Assembly (NCBI GenBank): GCA_040954595.2 | Contig: CM082595.2 | Coordinates: forward strand, 6,872,193-6,936,192 | Source of the DNA: Balanoglossus misakiensis | Taxonomy: Eukaryota; Animalia; Hemichordata | Length of the DNA stretch: 64,000 nucleotides | Reading direction: 5' to 3' | Part shown: in pieces, positions 32,901 to 46,291 of the stretch | Layout of the letters: the number at the start of each line of letters is the position of its first letter | Numbering within the stretch: position 1 is the stretch's first letter | Notes under the pieces: model-generated | What the model was told of the DNA's origin: nothing | Database searches by the model: none | The model's input: the letters and a program-made list of their open reading frames with translations, nothing else | Made by a program: the position numbers and the translations under genes

Positions 32901-34393
32901 CAAGCCCTTTGCAAATATTCGTTTGCGATTTTTTCAACCTATAGTGAAGATAGATGCAGAAAAGGGATGATTGGAAGAAGTGACGATAACAGTTTTGTTT
33001 TCAAGCCTGCTTATTTTGCTGGCGCTGTACATCGCCAATACATCGTCAATATAACGACTATACCGATTGTCGAAATGTTTTCGAAAGTTGAAATATCTCA
33101 TGCTAATGATTTAAACCCAAACTAACCTCAAATGTAAGTTTAACCTTCGTTCTATTGTCGGCGTCATCGACAGTGCCTGTCGTCATCGTCACTGTGTCTT
33201 CGGTAAGGGAAAGTTGTATGTCTTGGTCAGGATCCACATAGAAGGACTGTTGACCTATTTTCGAAACTACAATGAGATGACCGTGGTGGTCCATCTTTGC
33301 TATAACCTCTCCGCTTTTAAAGTCGGCTGAGTACTCCTGTATGTATATAATTATGAGAGAGGGGGAAGGGAGCGGGGAGAGAAGAGAAAGAGAGGGGGGT
33401 GGAGAAAGTGAAAGGGGATAGGAGAAGTGTAACAGAAATGTAAGAAAAAAATGTTCACTAAAACAAAAATACTGAAGATATCCAAAAGTTACAGATAGTG
33501 TCCCTTTAATGTTTTTTGTGTGTATGAAATAACGTTCATTTTGCCAAGACTGAGCTCGCAGCTAGGGACCCAACTTCTACGGCTGTGGAAATATCAATCG
33601 TGGTGCCTGTTGGGTGCGGATGACACCTCGCACACGCCCCCTGGTTGTACCCCGTTCAAATGATACGTGTCCGAACATGTGCACAGCATCTAACGACGTC
33701 ACAAATTACTCGGACAGAATACCTTCTCAAAACCCTCAGCATTCCATAGCGTAATTCTCGCGTCTGCCTCGAGGGCAGCAAAAATCGATAAAATATATGA
33801 AAGAACAAAGGGCAAGACTATCCAACTCTGCATATTTTACGGAAATGTAGTCCTTTTCAAACTTTATTGTTTAAACAATTTTATTTAACATAATATTTAC
33901 ATGTCACATGTACAAAATGTGATTCAGAATTACCTTATTGCCATTGCCACCCGGTTTCACTGTAAACTCAAATTTACTGTCGCCATAGAGATCAACTCCC
34001 TTGCATGTCTTCCTATATTAAATTAGAGAAGAATATAAAAGGTAATATTTTCTTCACCAACAACAACAACAGCAACAACAAAGGACGACTCGACATAAAA
34101 CTGGTAGCCATTCTGCTAAAATAGCTACGAAGTTGGGTATTGAGTATGTATGTATCCCTTCTCAACTTTCTTTCTTGTCTTGTCTGTCTGTCTGTCTGTC
34201 CGTCCGTGATTTGCATAATTATAATTATGACATTACAATACCATGTTGTTTTGGTTATTATCGTTTTACCAGGTCCATCAGTTAATGTCTGTACTTACTT
34301 GTTTTCGTCGCTGATAATAGCTGCCATTTTAGGAGTTCCACTTTTGTAAGTTGATTCTTGTTTTCTAGTGTCAATTTGACAAGGCTGACCCAT
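29939..34393 (-). CDS. ZU5/UPA/death-domain protein (PIDD1/DTHD1/UNC5-cytoplasmic-like architecture), spliced, ~563 aa
   Basis: Phase-consistent GT-AG exons: 34393-34299, 34012-33934, 33336-33127, 32938-32643, 32401-31894, 31545-31455, 30717-30445, 30078-29939. Clear death domain EWKPLARKLGVSDVKLMEIEKEHQDDIKEMKHQMFRHWRQKEGKKATLTVLIKALEEL. Upstream CSINMPIP...WRDVS...VTFQAKPF and VQFVLLQ...GQTIDVKVDG...ITFHS resemble ZU5 and UPA. The 5' exons are less certain. Confidence 0.72.
30445..30717 (-). CDS. Death-domain exon
   Basis: Phase 1-1 exon with W-x-x-LARKLG...W...AT...L..AL death-domain pattern. Confidence 0.85.
30725..31110 (+). repeat. (CAATA)n then (CAACA)n pentanucleotide microsatellite in an intron
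   Basis: Directly visible; variants CAACG, CAACT and CGACA. Confidence 0.97.
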
Positions 34394-34478
34394 TTCTGAT
34401 TATAAATATAACAACTATGTATTTAACCTTTAACTGTTTTCCTCAGATATATGTTGTGGGACGTAAGATCGGTATTTA

Positions 34479-34930
34479 CGGACCGTTCAGTATTTACGGC
34501 CGGGGGGGGGGGGGGGCGGCAAGTTTGTGTCATAGGTTTTCAAAATCAGGCCGACCCCCCCTCCTTCGCACAGGAGCAAAAAATGACGACCCCCCCCCCT
34601 TCGACAGACCCAAAAATATGATGACCCCCCCCCCCCCACGCCGAAAACATTCGCCATCCTGATCCTATGTACACTGCATGCAATAAAGGGAATGAGGCTC
34701 CTTACACTTCAATTATAAATTTCTTAAAGTAATTGAAGTATATAATAGTATATCGTTGCAATAAAGAAATCTATGAACAAATTAAAATGACAAGTCAATA
34801 CAATAGTTGGTAGAATTGGTAAAACAAGAAAAGTGGCAGGGGTGGGCGTGGGAGGGGGTGTCCCCTCCCACATAAGAAAATTTTGTAAAATACGGTGCTC
34901 AAAGTTGCATTTTAATGAACTCAAAAGCAA
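34479..34930. mobile_element. Truncated Harbinger-like MITE, cut by the Helentron-like element at 34931
   Basis: Starts (C)GGACCGTTCAGTATTTACGGCC followed by a G-run. It shares GAAAATTTT.TAAAATAC..GCTCAAAG.TGCATTTTAATGAAC with the 41737-42454 MITE. No matching other end found. Confidence 0.45.
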
Positions 34931-37900
34931 AATATAGCTGCAAGCAGCGATGACGGGCACAAGCTTAAGCTGAAGGTCAAAGGTCATATGTGGTCACCCA
35001 AAATTTGGGCAAACAGTTTTGACCCCCATACTAGTCCAGGTCCAACAGAAACCTGACCTCTAGCCCTATTGGTTTGTCTGAAATTAGATATGCACATAAT
35101 TAATGATGTAAAGTGTAAGACTCCATTAATAGTTCAATCCATCCAAACACAAATGCTGTACCTGTTCTGGATGCCGAGATATAGCAAAGTAGGTCAAATG
35201 TCACCTGAGGTCACCCTAAATTTGGGCAAAATTTTTGACCCCATACTGATCCATGTCCCAAAGAACAAAACCTCTAGCCCTATTGGTTAGCCTGGAATTA
35301 CGTATGCACATAATTAATGAGATATGCAGGTGTCACAGGTGACCCCCAATTTTGGCTTTTCAATTTTAGTCCCAACCCTCCAAACGCCAAGACTGTGCCT
35401 GCTCTGGTTGCCAAGATATGGTAAATTAGGTCAAAGGTCACCTGAGGTCATGCAAAATTTGGGCAAGAAATTTGGACCCTATACTGGTCCATGTTCAACA
35501 AAAATCAAACCTCTAACCCCATTGGTTAGCCTGGAATTAGGTATGCACATAATTAATGAGATACGCAGGTGTCACAGGTGACCTTCAATTTTGTCTTTTC
35601 AATTTTAGTCACAACCCTCCAAACGCCAAGTCTGTACCTGCTGTGGATGCCGAGATATAGGAAAGTAGGTCAAAGGTCACCTGAGGTCACCCAAAATTTG
35701 GGCAAAATTTTTTGATCCCATACTGGTCCATGTCCCACAAGAACAAAACCTCTAGCCCTATTAGTTAGCCTGGAATTAGGTATGCACATAATTAATGAGT
35801 TAAGCAGGTGTTACAGGTGAGCCCAAAATTTTGCCTTTTATTGTGGTCCCATTCTGCTCACGGGCCAATAGAGAGTCACTGTACAGGACCATTGCACAGC
35901 CAACGTGGACATAGCGTGATAGCTTAACTATAGAAAGTATAGGCCTATGGCTGGGTCCAAAAATATGAAAAATAAAAAAATCTTCTTCTCAAAATAGACT
36001 TGGCCCACGGCCTTGACATTTGGCATGTAGGACACTGACCACATGGTCTGCAAAAATCACTAAAAGAATTTTGATATCTCCATTCATATGCAAATTAGGC
36101 CCATTTGAAAACTTTGCCCATATATGGTCATCAGGTCACATGACTTATTAAACATTCACGAGGGTACAGCACCAGCTCTCATAGGCCTGCACCACTGTGC
36201 CAAGTTTGAGATTTGTAGGTTCAGTCGTTTTCAAGATCCTGTTGGGCAAAAAAACGACACAAGAAAAAAAAAAGAAGATTAAAGCTGCGAGCAGCATTGT
36301 CGGGCCCAAGCGCTGATCTTGAATTATATATGCACAGTATGAATGAGAAGAAACAGAATTTTCTATCGGATGTATTATCTCATGACATAACAAGGATGTG
36401 TGTATTTTTGCTGCTGAAATAGGGTGAAGTAGGTCAAAGGTCACCTAAGGTCACCCAACATTTGGGCATTTTTTTTTGACCCATACTGATTCATGTCCAA
36501 CAAAAACCAAAACTCTAGCTCTTTTGGTTCGGATGTAATTAGGTATGTGCATATTTAATGAGGTCAGCAGGTGTCACAGGTGACCCAAAAATGTGGCTTT
36601 ACATTCTGGTCCCATCCTACAAAATGCCATGGCTGTATCTGCTCTGGATGCTGAGATATGCGAAAGTAGGTCAAAGGTCACCAGAGGTCACCCAACATTT
36701 GGGCAAAAAATTTTGATCCCATACTGGTCCATGTCCAACAAAAACCAAACCTCTAGCTCTATTGGTTCGCCTGTAATTAGCTATGTACATAATTAATGAG
36801 GTCAACAGAGGTCAAAGGGGTCATGAAAAGTAGCAAAATATTTTGATCACACACTAATCCACATGCATCAAAAACCAAAAGTCTAGCCCTATAGGTTAGC
36901 CTGGAATTAGATATGCAGAAATAATAACGCGTGATAAGTAGGTCAAAGGTCATGTGAAAAATCGCCAAAAATTTGTAACATATTTTAGTCATATGATGAT
37001 TGATATCCATGAAAAGAATTTGTATGCTGTCAATTTTTAGACTAGGAAAAGGAATTTCAATTTTTCACTGCTTTTTACAAAATCCAATATGGCCGCCATA
37101 ATCTTCGACCAATCACAATGCTCTTTGCAAACTTGATAGACATCAGTGTTGTGACCATACTCCCCGAATCTTGCGACTCAGTTATCGCCCGTTCTGGAGA
37201 AGAAGATTTTTGCAGTTTTACTATGGTTTTTCGAAAATCCAATATGGCCGCCATAATCTTCGACCAATCACAATGCTTCTTATCAAACTTGATAGACATC
37301 AGTTAGGTGACCACATACCCCAAACCGCGTCACTCGGTTATCACCGGTTCTGGAGAAGAAGATTTTTGAAATTTAAGCCAGATTTCAGAAAAAAAATTGT
37401 AGCAAAAAAACTGCAACATTGACAGCAAAATATCCAATTACGAAAATGATGGGTAGAAGGTAGACTACCTGCACACCAAATTTGAAGTCGATCTGACTTG
37501 TAGTTTCTGAGATCTGAGATTTGCATTTTTTCAGAAAATCCAATATGGCCGCCATGTCACGTGACTAATTAAAAATTCAAGAGTTCAGTGCACGACTACC
37601 CATTGACCTTGACCACTGTAGCAAGTTTGAGAAGTGTACCTGCAGCGGTGTCTGAGATCTAGAGCGACAAAGAAATGACACAAGAATAAAGAAAGAATTA
37701 AAGCTGCGAGCAGCATTGTCGGGCCCAAGCGCTGATCTTGAATTATATATGCACAGTATGAATGAGAAGAAACAGAATTTTCTATCGGATGTATTATCTC
37801 ATGACATAACAAGGATGTGTGTATTTTTGCCGCTGAAATAGGGTGAAGTAGGTCAAAGGTCACCTGAAGTCACCCGACATTTGGGCAATTTTTTTGACCC

Positions 37901-40900
37901 ATACTGGTCCATGTCCAACAAAAACCAAAACTCTAGCTCTATTGGTTCGCCTGTAATTAGGTATGTGCATATTTAATGAGGTCAGCAGGTGTCACAGGTG
38001 ACCCAAAAATGTGGCTTTAGATTTTGGTCCCATCCTACCAAATGCCATGGTTGTATCTGCTCTGGATGCTGAGATATGCGAAAGTAGGTCAAAGGTCACC
38101 AGAGGTCACCCAACATTTGGGCAAAAAATTTTGATCCTATACTGGTCCATGTCCAACAAAAACCAAACCCCTAGCTCTATTGGTTCGCCTGTAATTAGCT
38201 ATGCGCATAATTAATGAGGTCAGCAGAGGTCAAAGGGGTCATGAAAAGTAGCAAAATATTTTGATCACACACTAATCCACATTCATCAAAAACCAAACGT
38301 CTAGCCCTATAGGTTAGCCTGGAATTAGATATGCAGAAATAATAACGCGTGATAAGTAGGTCATAGGTCATGTGAAAAATCGCCAAAAAATTGTAACATA
38401 TTTTAGTCACATGACGATTGATATCCATAAAAAGAATTTGTATGCTATCAATTTTTGGACTAGAAAAAGGAATTTCAATTTTTCACTGCTTTTTACAAAA
38501 TCCAATATGGCCGCCATAATCTTCGACCAATCACAATGCTCTTTGCAAACTTGATAGACATCAGTGTAGTGACCATACTCCCCGAATCTTGCGACTTAGT
38601 CATCGTCGGTTCTGGAGAAGAAGATTTTTGGAGTTTAACTATGGTTTTTCGAAAATCCAATATGGCCGCCATAATCTTCGACCAATCACAATGATCTTCG
38701 CAAACTTGATAGACATCAGTTAGGTGACCACATACCCCAAACCCCGTGTCTTGGTTATCACCGGTTCTGGAGAAAAAGATTTTTGAAATTTAAGCCAGAT
38801 TTCTGAAAAAAAATTGTAGCAAAAAAACTGCAACATTGACAGCAAAATTTCCAATTACAAAAATGATGGGTAGAAGGTAGTCTACCTGCATGCCAAATTT
38901 GAAGTCGATCTGACTTGTAGTTTCTGAGATCTGAGATTTGATTTTTTTCAGAAAATCCAATATGGCCGCCAGGTCATGTGACTAATTAATTATTCACAAG
39001 TCACTGCACATCTACTCATTGATCTTGACCACTTTAGCAAGTTTGAGAAGTGTACCTGCAGTAGTTTCAGAGATCTCGTTGGCCGAAGAATTGACACAAG
39101 AATAAAGAAAGAAAGAAAAATTCCAACGAAACCAATAGGGCCCAAGCGCTTGCTTGCGCTTGGGCCCTAATTAAAGCTGCGAGCAGCATTGTCGGGCCCA
39201 AGCGCTGATCTTGAATTATATATGCACAGTATGAATGAGAAGAAACAGAATTTTTTATCGGATGAATTATCTCATGACATAACAAGGATGTGTGTATTTT
39301 TGCTGCTGAAAGTAGGTGAAAGGTCACCTAAGGTCACCCAACATTTGGGCATTTTTTTTTACCCATACTGGTCCATGTCCAACAAAAACCAAAACTCTAG
39401 CTCTATTGGTTCGCCTGTAATTAGGTATGTGCATATTTAATGAGGTCAGCAGGTGTCACAGGTGACCCAAAAATGTGGCTTTACATTTTGGTCCCATCCT
39501 ACCAAATGCCATGGCTGTATCTGCTCTGGATGCTGAGATATGCGAAAGTAGGTCAAAGGTCACCAGAGGTCACGCAACATTTGGGCAAAAAATGTTGATC
39601 CCATACTGGTCTGTGTCCAACAAAAACCAAACCTCTAGCTCTATTGGTTCGCCTGTAATTAGCTATGTACATAATTAATGAGGTCAGCAGAGGTCAAAGG
39701 GGTCATGAAAAGTAGCAAAATATTTTGATCACACACTAATCCACATTCATCAAAAACCAAACGTCTAGCCCTATAGGTTAGCCTGGAATTAGATATGCAG
39801 AAATAATAACGTGTGATAAGTAGGTCAAAGGTCATGTGAAAAATTGCCAAAAATTTGTAACATATTTTAGTCATATGACGATTGATATCCATGAAAAGAA
39901 TTTGTATGCTGTCAATTTTTAGACTAGGAAAAGGAATTTCAATTTTTCACTGCTTTTTACAAAATCTAATATGGCCGTCATAATCTTCGACCAATCACAA
40001 TGCTCTTTGCAAACTTGATAGACATCAGTGTTGTGACCATACTCCCCGAATCTTGCGACTCAGTTATCGCCCGTTCTGGAGAAGAAGATTTTTGCAGTTT
40101 TACTATGGTTTTTCGAAAATCCAATATGGCCGCAATAATCTTCGACCAATCACAATGCTTCTTATCAAACTTGATAGACATCAGTAAGGTGACCACATAC
40201 CCCAAACCGCGTCACTCGGTTATCACCGGTTCTGGAGAAGAAGATTTTTGAAATTTAAGCCAGATTTCAGAAAAAAAAATGTAGCAAAAAAACTGCAACA
40301 TTTACAGCAAAATATCCAATTACAAAAATGATGGGTAGAAAGTAGACTACCTGCACACCAAATTTGAAGTCGATCTGACTTGTAGTTTCTGAGATCTGAG
40401 ATTTGCATTTTTTCAGAAAATCCAATATGGCCGCCAGGTCACGTGACTAATTAAAAATTCAAGGGTTCAATGCACGACAACTCATTGACCTTGACCACTG
40501 TAGCAAGTTTGAAAACTGTACCTGCAGTGGTGTCTGAGATCTAGAGCGACAAAGAAGTGAACCAAGAATAAAGAAAGAAAGAGAGAAAGAAAAACCCCAA
40601 CGAAACCAATAGGGCCCAAGCGCTGCTGTGCGCTTGGGCCCTAAAGAAAGAAAGACAGAAAAACCCCAACGAAACCAATAGGGCCCAAGCGCTGGTATGC
40701 GCTTGGGCCCTAAAAAAACCCAGTAATACCAATAGGGCACAAGCCTGCTTGGCTTGTGCCCTAATTAAAGCTGCAAGCAGCGTTGAAGGGGCCCAAGCAT
40801 AGAGTTAATAACCATTAGACTCCATTCAGGGTTGTACCATTCAAATGCGTAGGCTGTATTTGCTCTGGATGTGGAGATATGGGGAAGTAGGCAACCACCC

Positions 40901-41736
40901 GAAATGGATGTCTTACAAATACAAACACAACAACCAAAGGTGAACTTCTACGTTGTAAGTACTTCAGTTACTTCAAAGGTCAGCTGAGGGTATCCAAAAA
41001 TTGGGCCAAAAATTAGGATTCTTATTTTGTTCATATTCAAGACAACGGAAAATCCTCGCTGTTTGGGTTTGTCAAATTAGATATGGCTATAATAATGAGT
41101 TACGAAGGTAAGTTACAGGTAGCCCCTAAAATTTAGCATTTCATGACGCAGAGGGTCCTACCCTACCCCTCCAAACACCTGGCTATACATGATGTGAATG
41201 CTAACATATGGAAAGCAGGTCAATGGACACCTGATGTCACCCAAAAATTTGACAAAAAATGTTCATTCCTGTTTATGTCATGTGCAACAAATCCTACATT
41301 TGCAGCCCTTTCACTTTGCCTACCATTAGGTATGCACGTAATACATGAATCAAGCAGGTGTCGCAGGTATCCCCCTGTATTTGGCATTTCATGATAGTTT
41401 CGCTCCGAATACCAAAGCTGCACTTGTACAACGGGCTGAGATATGGCACTGTACGACAGAGGTCATCCAAATCAACTTATACATTTGGGCAAAAACAAAC
41501 TGACACTTACATTCGTCCCTGTGGAACAAAAACCACACCTATTGCCCTGTTGGTTAGTGTCCAATTAAATGTACAAAATCAATGACTTAGGCAGGTGCAA
41601 CAGGTGACCCCGCCTTTGGTATATCTTTATGATCCCATCCGTATATGCCCCCCCCCCCCACGCCAAAGCCGCATGCATCTGCTGTGGATGCTCACTAAGC
41701 AAAAGTAGGTGAAATGTCACATAAGATCGCCCATAA

Positions 41737-42454
41737 GGCTGCATTCACAAACACCTCTTGAGGGGGGGGGGGGGGGGGAGAATTCAATTTTTTTTACCGC
41801 TAATTTTCACATGCCCCCCGTACACAACCCGAAAAATTTCAAATCCCCCCCTTCCGAACTGCCAAAATTTTGAAATCCCCCCTCCCCATTTTCTTTCACA
41901 GAGCAAAACAGATCACCTAGTATCTATCTTGTAAAAAAAGAAAAACAGCGCTCCCATTTTTTAAGTATTTGTATCCTGTGTTGGGAGACATTGTAAACCG
42001 AGAATTGAAGGGGGTGGGTTTTGGAGCGTGTGCACGTAAGAAAATTTTATAAAATACAGAGCTCAAAGCTGCATTTTAATGAACCCGGCAAAGGCAAATT
42101 AACTCAACTACCGGTATGTTGGGGAGGACAAATTTAACCGTCGACGCTCAGAGTTATCATGGGGTTGGGGCAAGTCCCCAAACCTGGGACACTAGATAAA
42201 CCAATCAATGATTGAAAGGTGTTGATGAATGGAGGGGGTGGGTGTGGGAGGGGTTTCCCCCCACCCACCCCCCCCCCAATTTCATTAGAAAATTTTGTAA
42301 AATAAAGGGCGCGAAACTGCATTTTTGTGGACTCAAAATAAATATTAAGTCCCTAAATTAGTTCAAATCCCCCCCTTACATACCCTCAATTTTTTCAAAT
42401 CCCCCCCTCAATTCTCCTGCCCCCCCCCCTCCTGAGGATTTTGTGAATGCAGCC
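41737..42454. mobile_element. PIF/Harbinger (Tourist-like) MITE inserted in a HINE-like body
   Basis: TAA|GGCTGCATTCACAAA...TTTGTGAATGCAGCC|TAA; the empty site is visible in the sister element near 52081 (GCCCACAACTTGAC). Confidence 0.85.
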
Positions 42455-45400
42455 TAACTTGACAGGAAAATCGGACTTCATATTGATCCATTTGCAACAA
42501 ATACCACACTAGCATCCCTTTCATTGACCCCACAATTACGCATGCTCATAATTGAGTTACGCAGGTGTCACAGGTGACCCCCGAATCGGGCGTATTATTT
42601 TGGTCCCATACAGCTGCATGAAGCTGCGTGCCATTACGGGCGACCTGATAACCCCCACGGCCACCTGCGGGCCGAACCCCATACTGAACGTTCAGTTGCA
42701 ACGTCACGACTGAAGTAGGAAGTGTTGAATGGCAAAGAAGCCTGATCTCTGATTATTGCTGGTACCATACTCCCTTCGTGCAAGAAAATCATTGGTCTGC
42801 TGACGTATTTCGGCCACATTAGCGACTGAGGGTCAAAGTCCGCTGCCGCATTACATTGAATGTTAACCAGTGTAGCCGGGTCTAGATAGAAACATTTGAA
42901 CGGCAACAGCTAACAAACTCAGCGTAATTCAAAAAAACGCCCTAACGCAGCCTGAACTCCGATAATGTGTTATCCCAAAATTCATTCCGTGGAAAATAAT
43001 CACTGGTCTGTTTACGTATTTCAGCCGATTTTCCAAGGACTACTGCAACCCGCCAGAAGTGAGTAGCGTGCTAATGAGATCTCCACAACATTACGTAATG
43101 ACGGTCAAAGTCCGATGCCCCAGTGTCCGTCCTCAGCCCACCAAAAATGCGAAAAATATTACAAAAATCTTCTTCTCAAAATCGACGTGGCCTAGGACCT
43201 TGAAATTTGGCACAGGGGATTTTGGCCACATGGTCTACAAAAATCGCGAAAAGAATGTACATTCCCCCATTAACGTGCAAATTAGGTCAATTTGAAAATT
43301 TCGCTCGATTATAGCCACCAAGTCACGCGACTAATTACAAATTCAAAGGGCAGGTGCACTAGTACTCATGGGCCCCAATCATCGTGCCAAACTTCATAGG
43401 CGCAGGTGCCGGAATTTCAGAGAAAAACGGGAGCAAAAAAACGACTCAAGAACAGTGAAGAAAAACTCCAGCAATAACAGAAGGGGACCAAGCGCCTGAG
43501 GGCGCTTGGTCCCCTAAAAAACCCAGTAATACCAATAGGGCACAAGCCTGCTTGGCTTGTGCCCTAAATATAGCTGCAAGCAGCGATGACGGGCACAAGC
43601 TTAAGCCGAAGGTCAAAGGTCATATGTGGTCACCCAAAATTTGGGCAAAAAGTTTTGACCCCCATACTAGTCCAGGTCCAACAGAAACCTGACCTCTAGC
43701 CCTATTGGTTTGTCTGAAATTAGATATGCACATAATTAATGATGTAAAGTGTAAGACTCCATTAATAGTTCGATCCATCCAAACACAAATACTGTACCTG
43801 TTCTGGATGCCAAGATATAGCAAAGTAGGTCAAAGGTCACCTGAGGTCACCCAAAATTTGGGCAAAATTTTTGACCCCATACTGATCCATGTCCCACAAG
43901 AACAAAACCTCTAGCCCTATTGGTTAGCCTGGAATTAGGTATGCACATAATTAATGAGATATGCAGGTGTCACTGGTGACCTTCAATTTTGGCTTTTCAA
44001 TTTTAGTCCCAACCCTCCAAACGCCAAGTCTTTGCCTGCTCTGGTTGCCAAGATATGGTAAATTAGGTCAAAGGTCACCTGAGGTCATGCAAAATTTGGG
44101 CAAGAAATTTTGAGCCTATACTGGTCCATGTTCAACAAGAACAAAACCTCTAGCCCTATTAGTTAGCCTGGAATTAGGTATGCACATAATTAATGAGTTA
44201 AGCAGGTGTTACAGGTGAGCCCAAAATTTTGCCTTTTATTGTGGTCCCATTCTGCTCACGGGCCAATAGAGAGTCACTGTACAGGACCATTGCACAGCCA
44301 ACATGGACATAGCGTGATAGCTTAACTATAGAAAGTATAGGCTTATGGCTGGGTCCAAAAATATGAAAAATAAAAAAATCTTCTTCTCAAAATAGACTTG
44401 GCCTACGGCCTTAACATTTGGCATGTAGGACACTGACCACATGGTCCGCAAAAATCGCTAAAAGAATTTTGATATCTCCATTCATATGCAAATTAGGCCC
44501 ATTTGAAAACTTTGCCCATATATGGTCATCAGGTCACATGACTTATTAAACATTCACGAGGGTACAGCACCAGCTCTCATAGGCCTGCACCACTGTGCCA
44601 AGTTTGAGATTTGTAGGTTCAGCCGTTTTCAAGATCCTGTTGGGCAAAAAAACGACACAAGAAAAAAAAAAAAGATGAAAAACCCCAGTAATACCAATAG
44701 GGCACAAGCCTGCTTGGCTTGTGCCCTAAAAACCCCAGTAATACCAATAGGGCACAAGCCTGCTTGGCTTGTGCCCTAAATATAGCTGCAAGCAGCGATG
44801 ACGGGCACAAGCTTAAGCTGAAGGTCAAAGGTCATATGTGGTCACCCAAAATTTGGGCAAAAAGTTCGATCCATCCAAACACAAATGCTGTACCTGTTCT
44901 GGATGCCGAGATATAGGAAAGTAGGTCAAAGGTCACCTGAGGTCACCCAAAATTTTGGCAAGAAATTTTATCCCATACTGGTCCATGTTCAACGAAAATC
45001 AAACCTCTAGCCCTATTGGTTAGCCTGGAATTAGGTATGCGCATAATTAATGAGATAAGCAGGTGTCACAGGTGACCCCAAATTTTGGCTTTTCAATTAT
45101 AGTCCCAACCCTCCAAACTCAAAGTCTGTACCTGCTCTGGATGACGAGATATAGGAAAGTAGGTCAAAGGTCACCTGAGGTCATGCAAAATTTGGGCAAG
45201 AAATTTTGACCCTATAATGGTCCATGTCCCACAAGCACGAAACCTCTAGCCCTATTAGTTAGCCCAGAATTAGGTATGCACATAATTAATGAGTTAAGCA
45301 GGTGTTACAGGTGAGCCCAAAAATCTGCCTTTTATTTTGGTCCCATTCTGCTCACTGCCAATAGACTGTCACTGTACAGGACCATTGCACAGATGTGCGA

Positions 45401-45789
45401 ATAGCATCACACCTTAACTAAAGACAGTATAGGCTGGGTACAAAAAATATGAAATATAATATTTAAAAATCTTCTTCTCAAAATAGACTTGGCCTAGGGC
45501 CTTGAAATTTGGCATGTAGGACACTGACCACATGGTCCGCAAAAATCGCTAAAAGAATTTAGATATCTCCATTAATATGCAAATTAGGCCCATTTGAAAA
45601 CTTTGCCCATATATGGTCATCAGGTCACGTGACTAATTAAACATTCACAAGGGTACTGCACTAGCTCTCATTGGCCTGCACCATTGTGCCAAGTTTGAAA
45701 TCTGTAGGTTTAGCCGTTTTCCAGATCTAGCTGGCCGAAAAAACTACACAAGAAAAAAAAAAAAGAAGAAGAAGAAGAAGAAGTAGAAG

Positions 45790-46291
45790 AAAAACCAGGA
45801 TAATAACAATAGGGCCCAAGCGCTGCATGCGCTTGGGCCCTAAAAAAAGACGAAAAACCCCAGTAATACCAATAGGGCACAAGCCTGCTTGGCTTGTGCC
45901 CTAAAAAAACCCAGTAATACCAATAGGGCACAAGCGCCTGAGGGCGCTTGTGCCCTAAAAACTCCAGCAATAACAGAAGGGGACCAAGCGCCTGAGGGCG
46001 CTTGGTCCCCTAAAAAAAAAGATGAAAAACCCCAGTAATACCAATAGGGCACAAGCCTGCTTGGCTTGTGCCCTAAAAACCCAGCAATACCAATAGGGCA
46101 CAAGCCTGCTTGGCTTGTGCCCTAAAAAGATGAAAAACCCCAGTAATACCAATAGGGCACAAGCCTGCTTGGCTTGTGCCCTAAAAACCCCAGTAATACC
46201 AATAGGGCACAAGCCTGCTTGGCTTGTGTCCTAAAAAGATGAAAAACCCCAGTAATACCAATAGGGCACAAGCCTGCTTGGCTTGTGTCCT
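45790..46291 (-). repeat. Stack of nine ~50-60 bp hairpin caps (element 5' ends)
   Basis: Consecutive AAAACCC(C)AGTAATACCAATAGGGCACAAGC...GCTTGTGCCCT modules and variants, separated only by A-runs. Confidence 0.9.

Noticed and set aside
34379-34393. N-terminal MGQPC as a myristoylation/palmitoylation signal
   Set aside because: The start codon is not confirmed and the context lacks the usual Ser/Thr at position 6.
45790-46291. CRISPR-like or REP-like array of palindromic repeats
   Set aside because: No unique spacers and no cas genes, in a eukaryotic intron-containing context; the modules are transposon termini.
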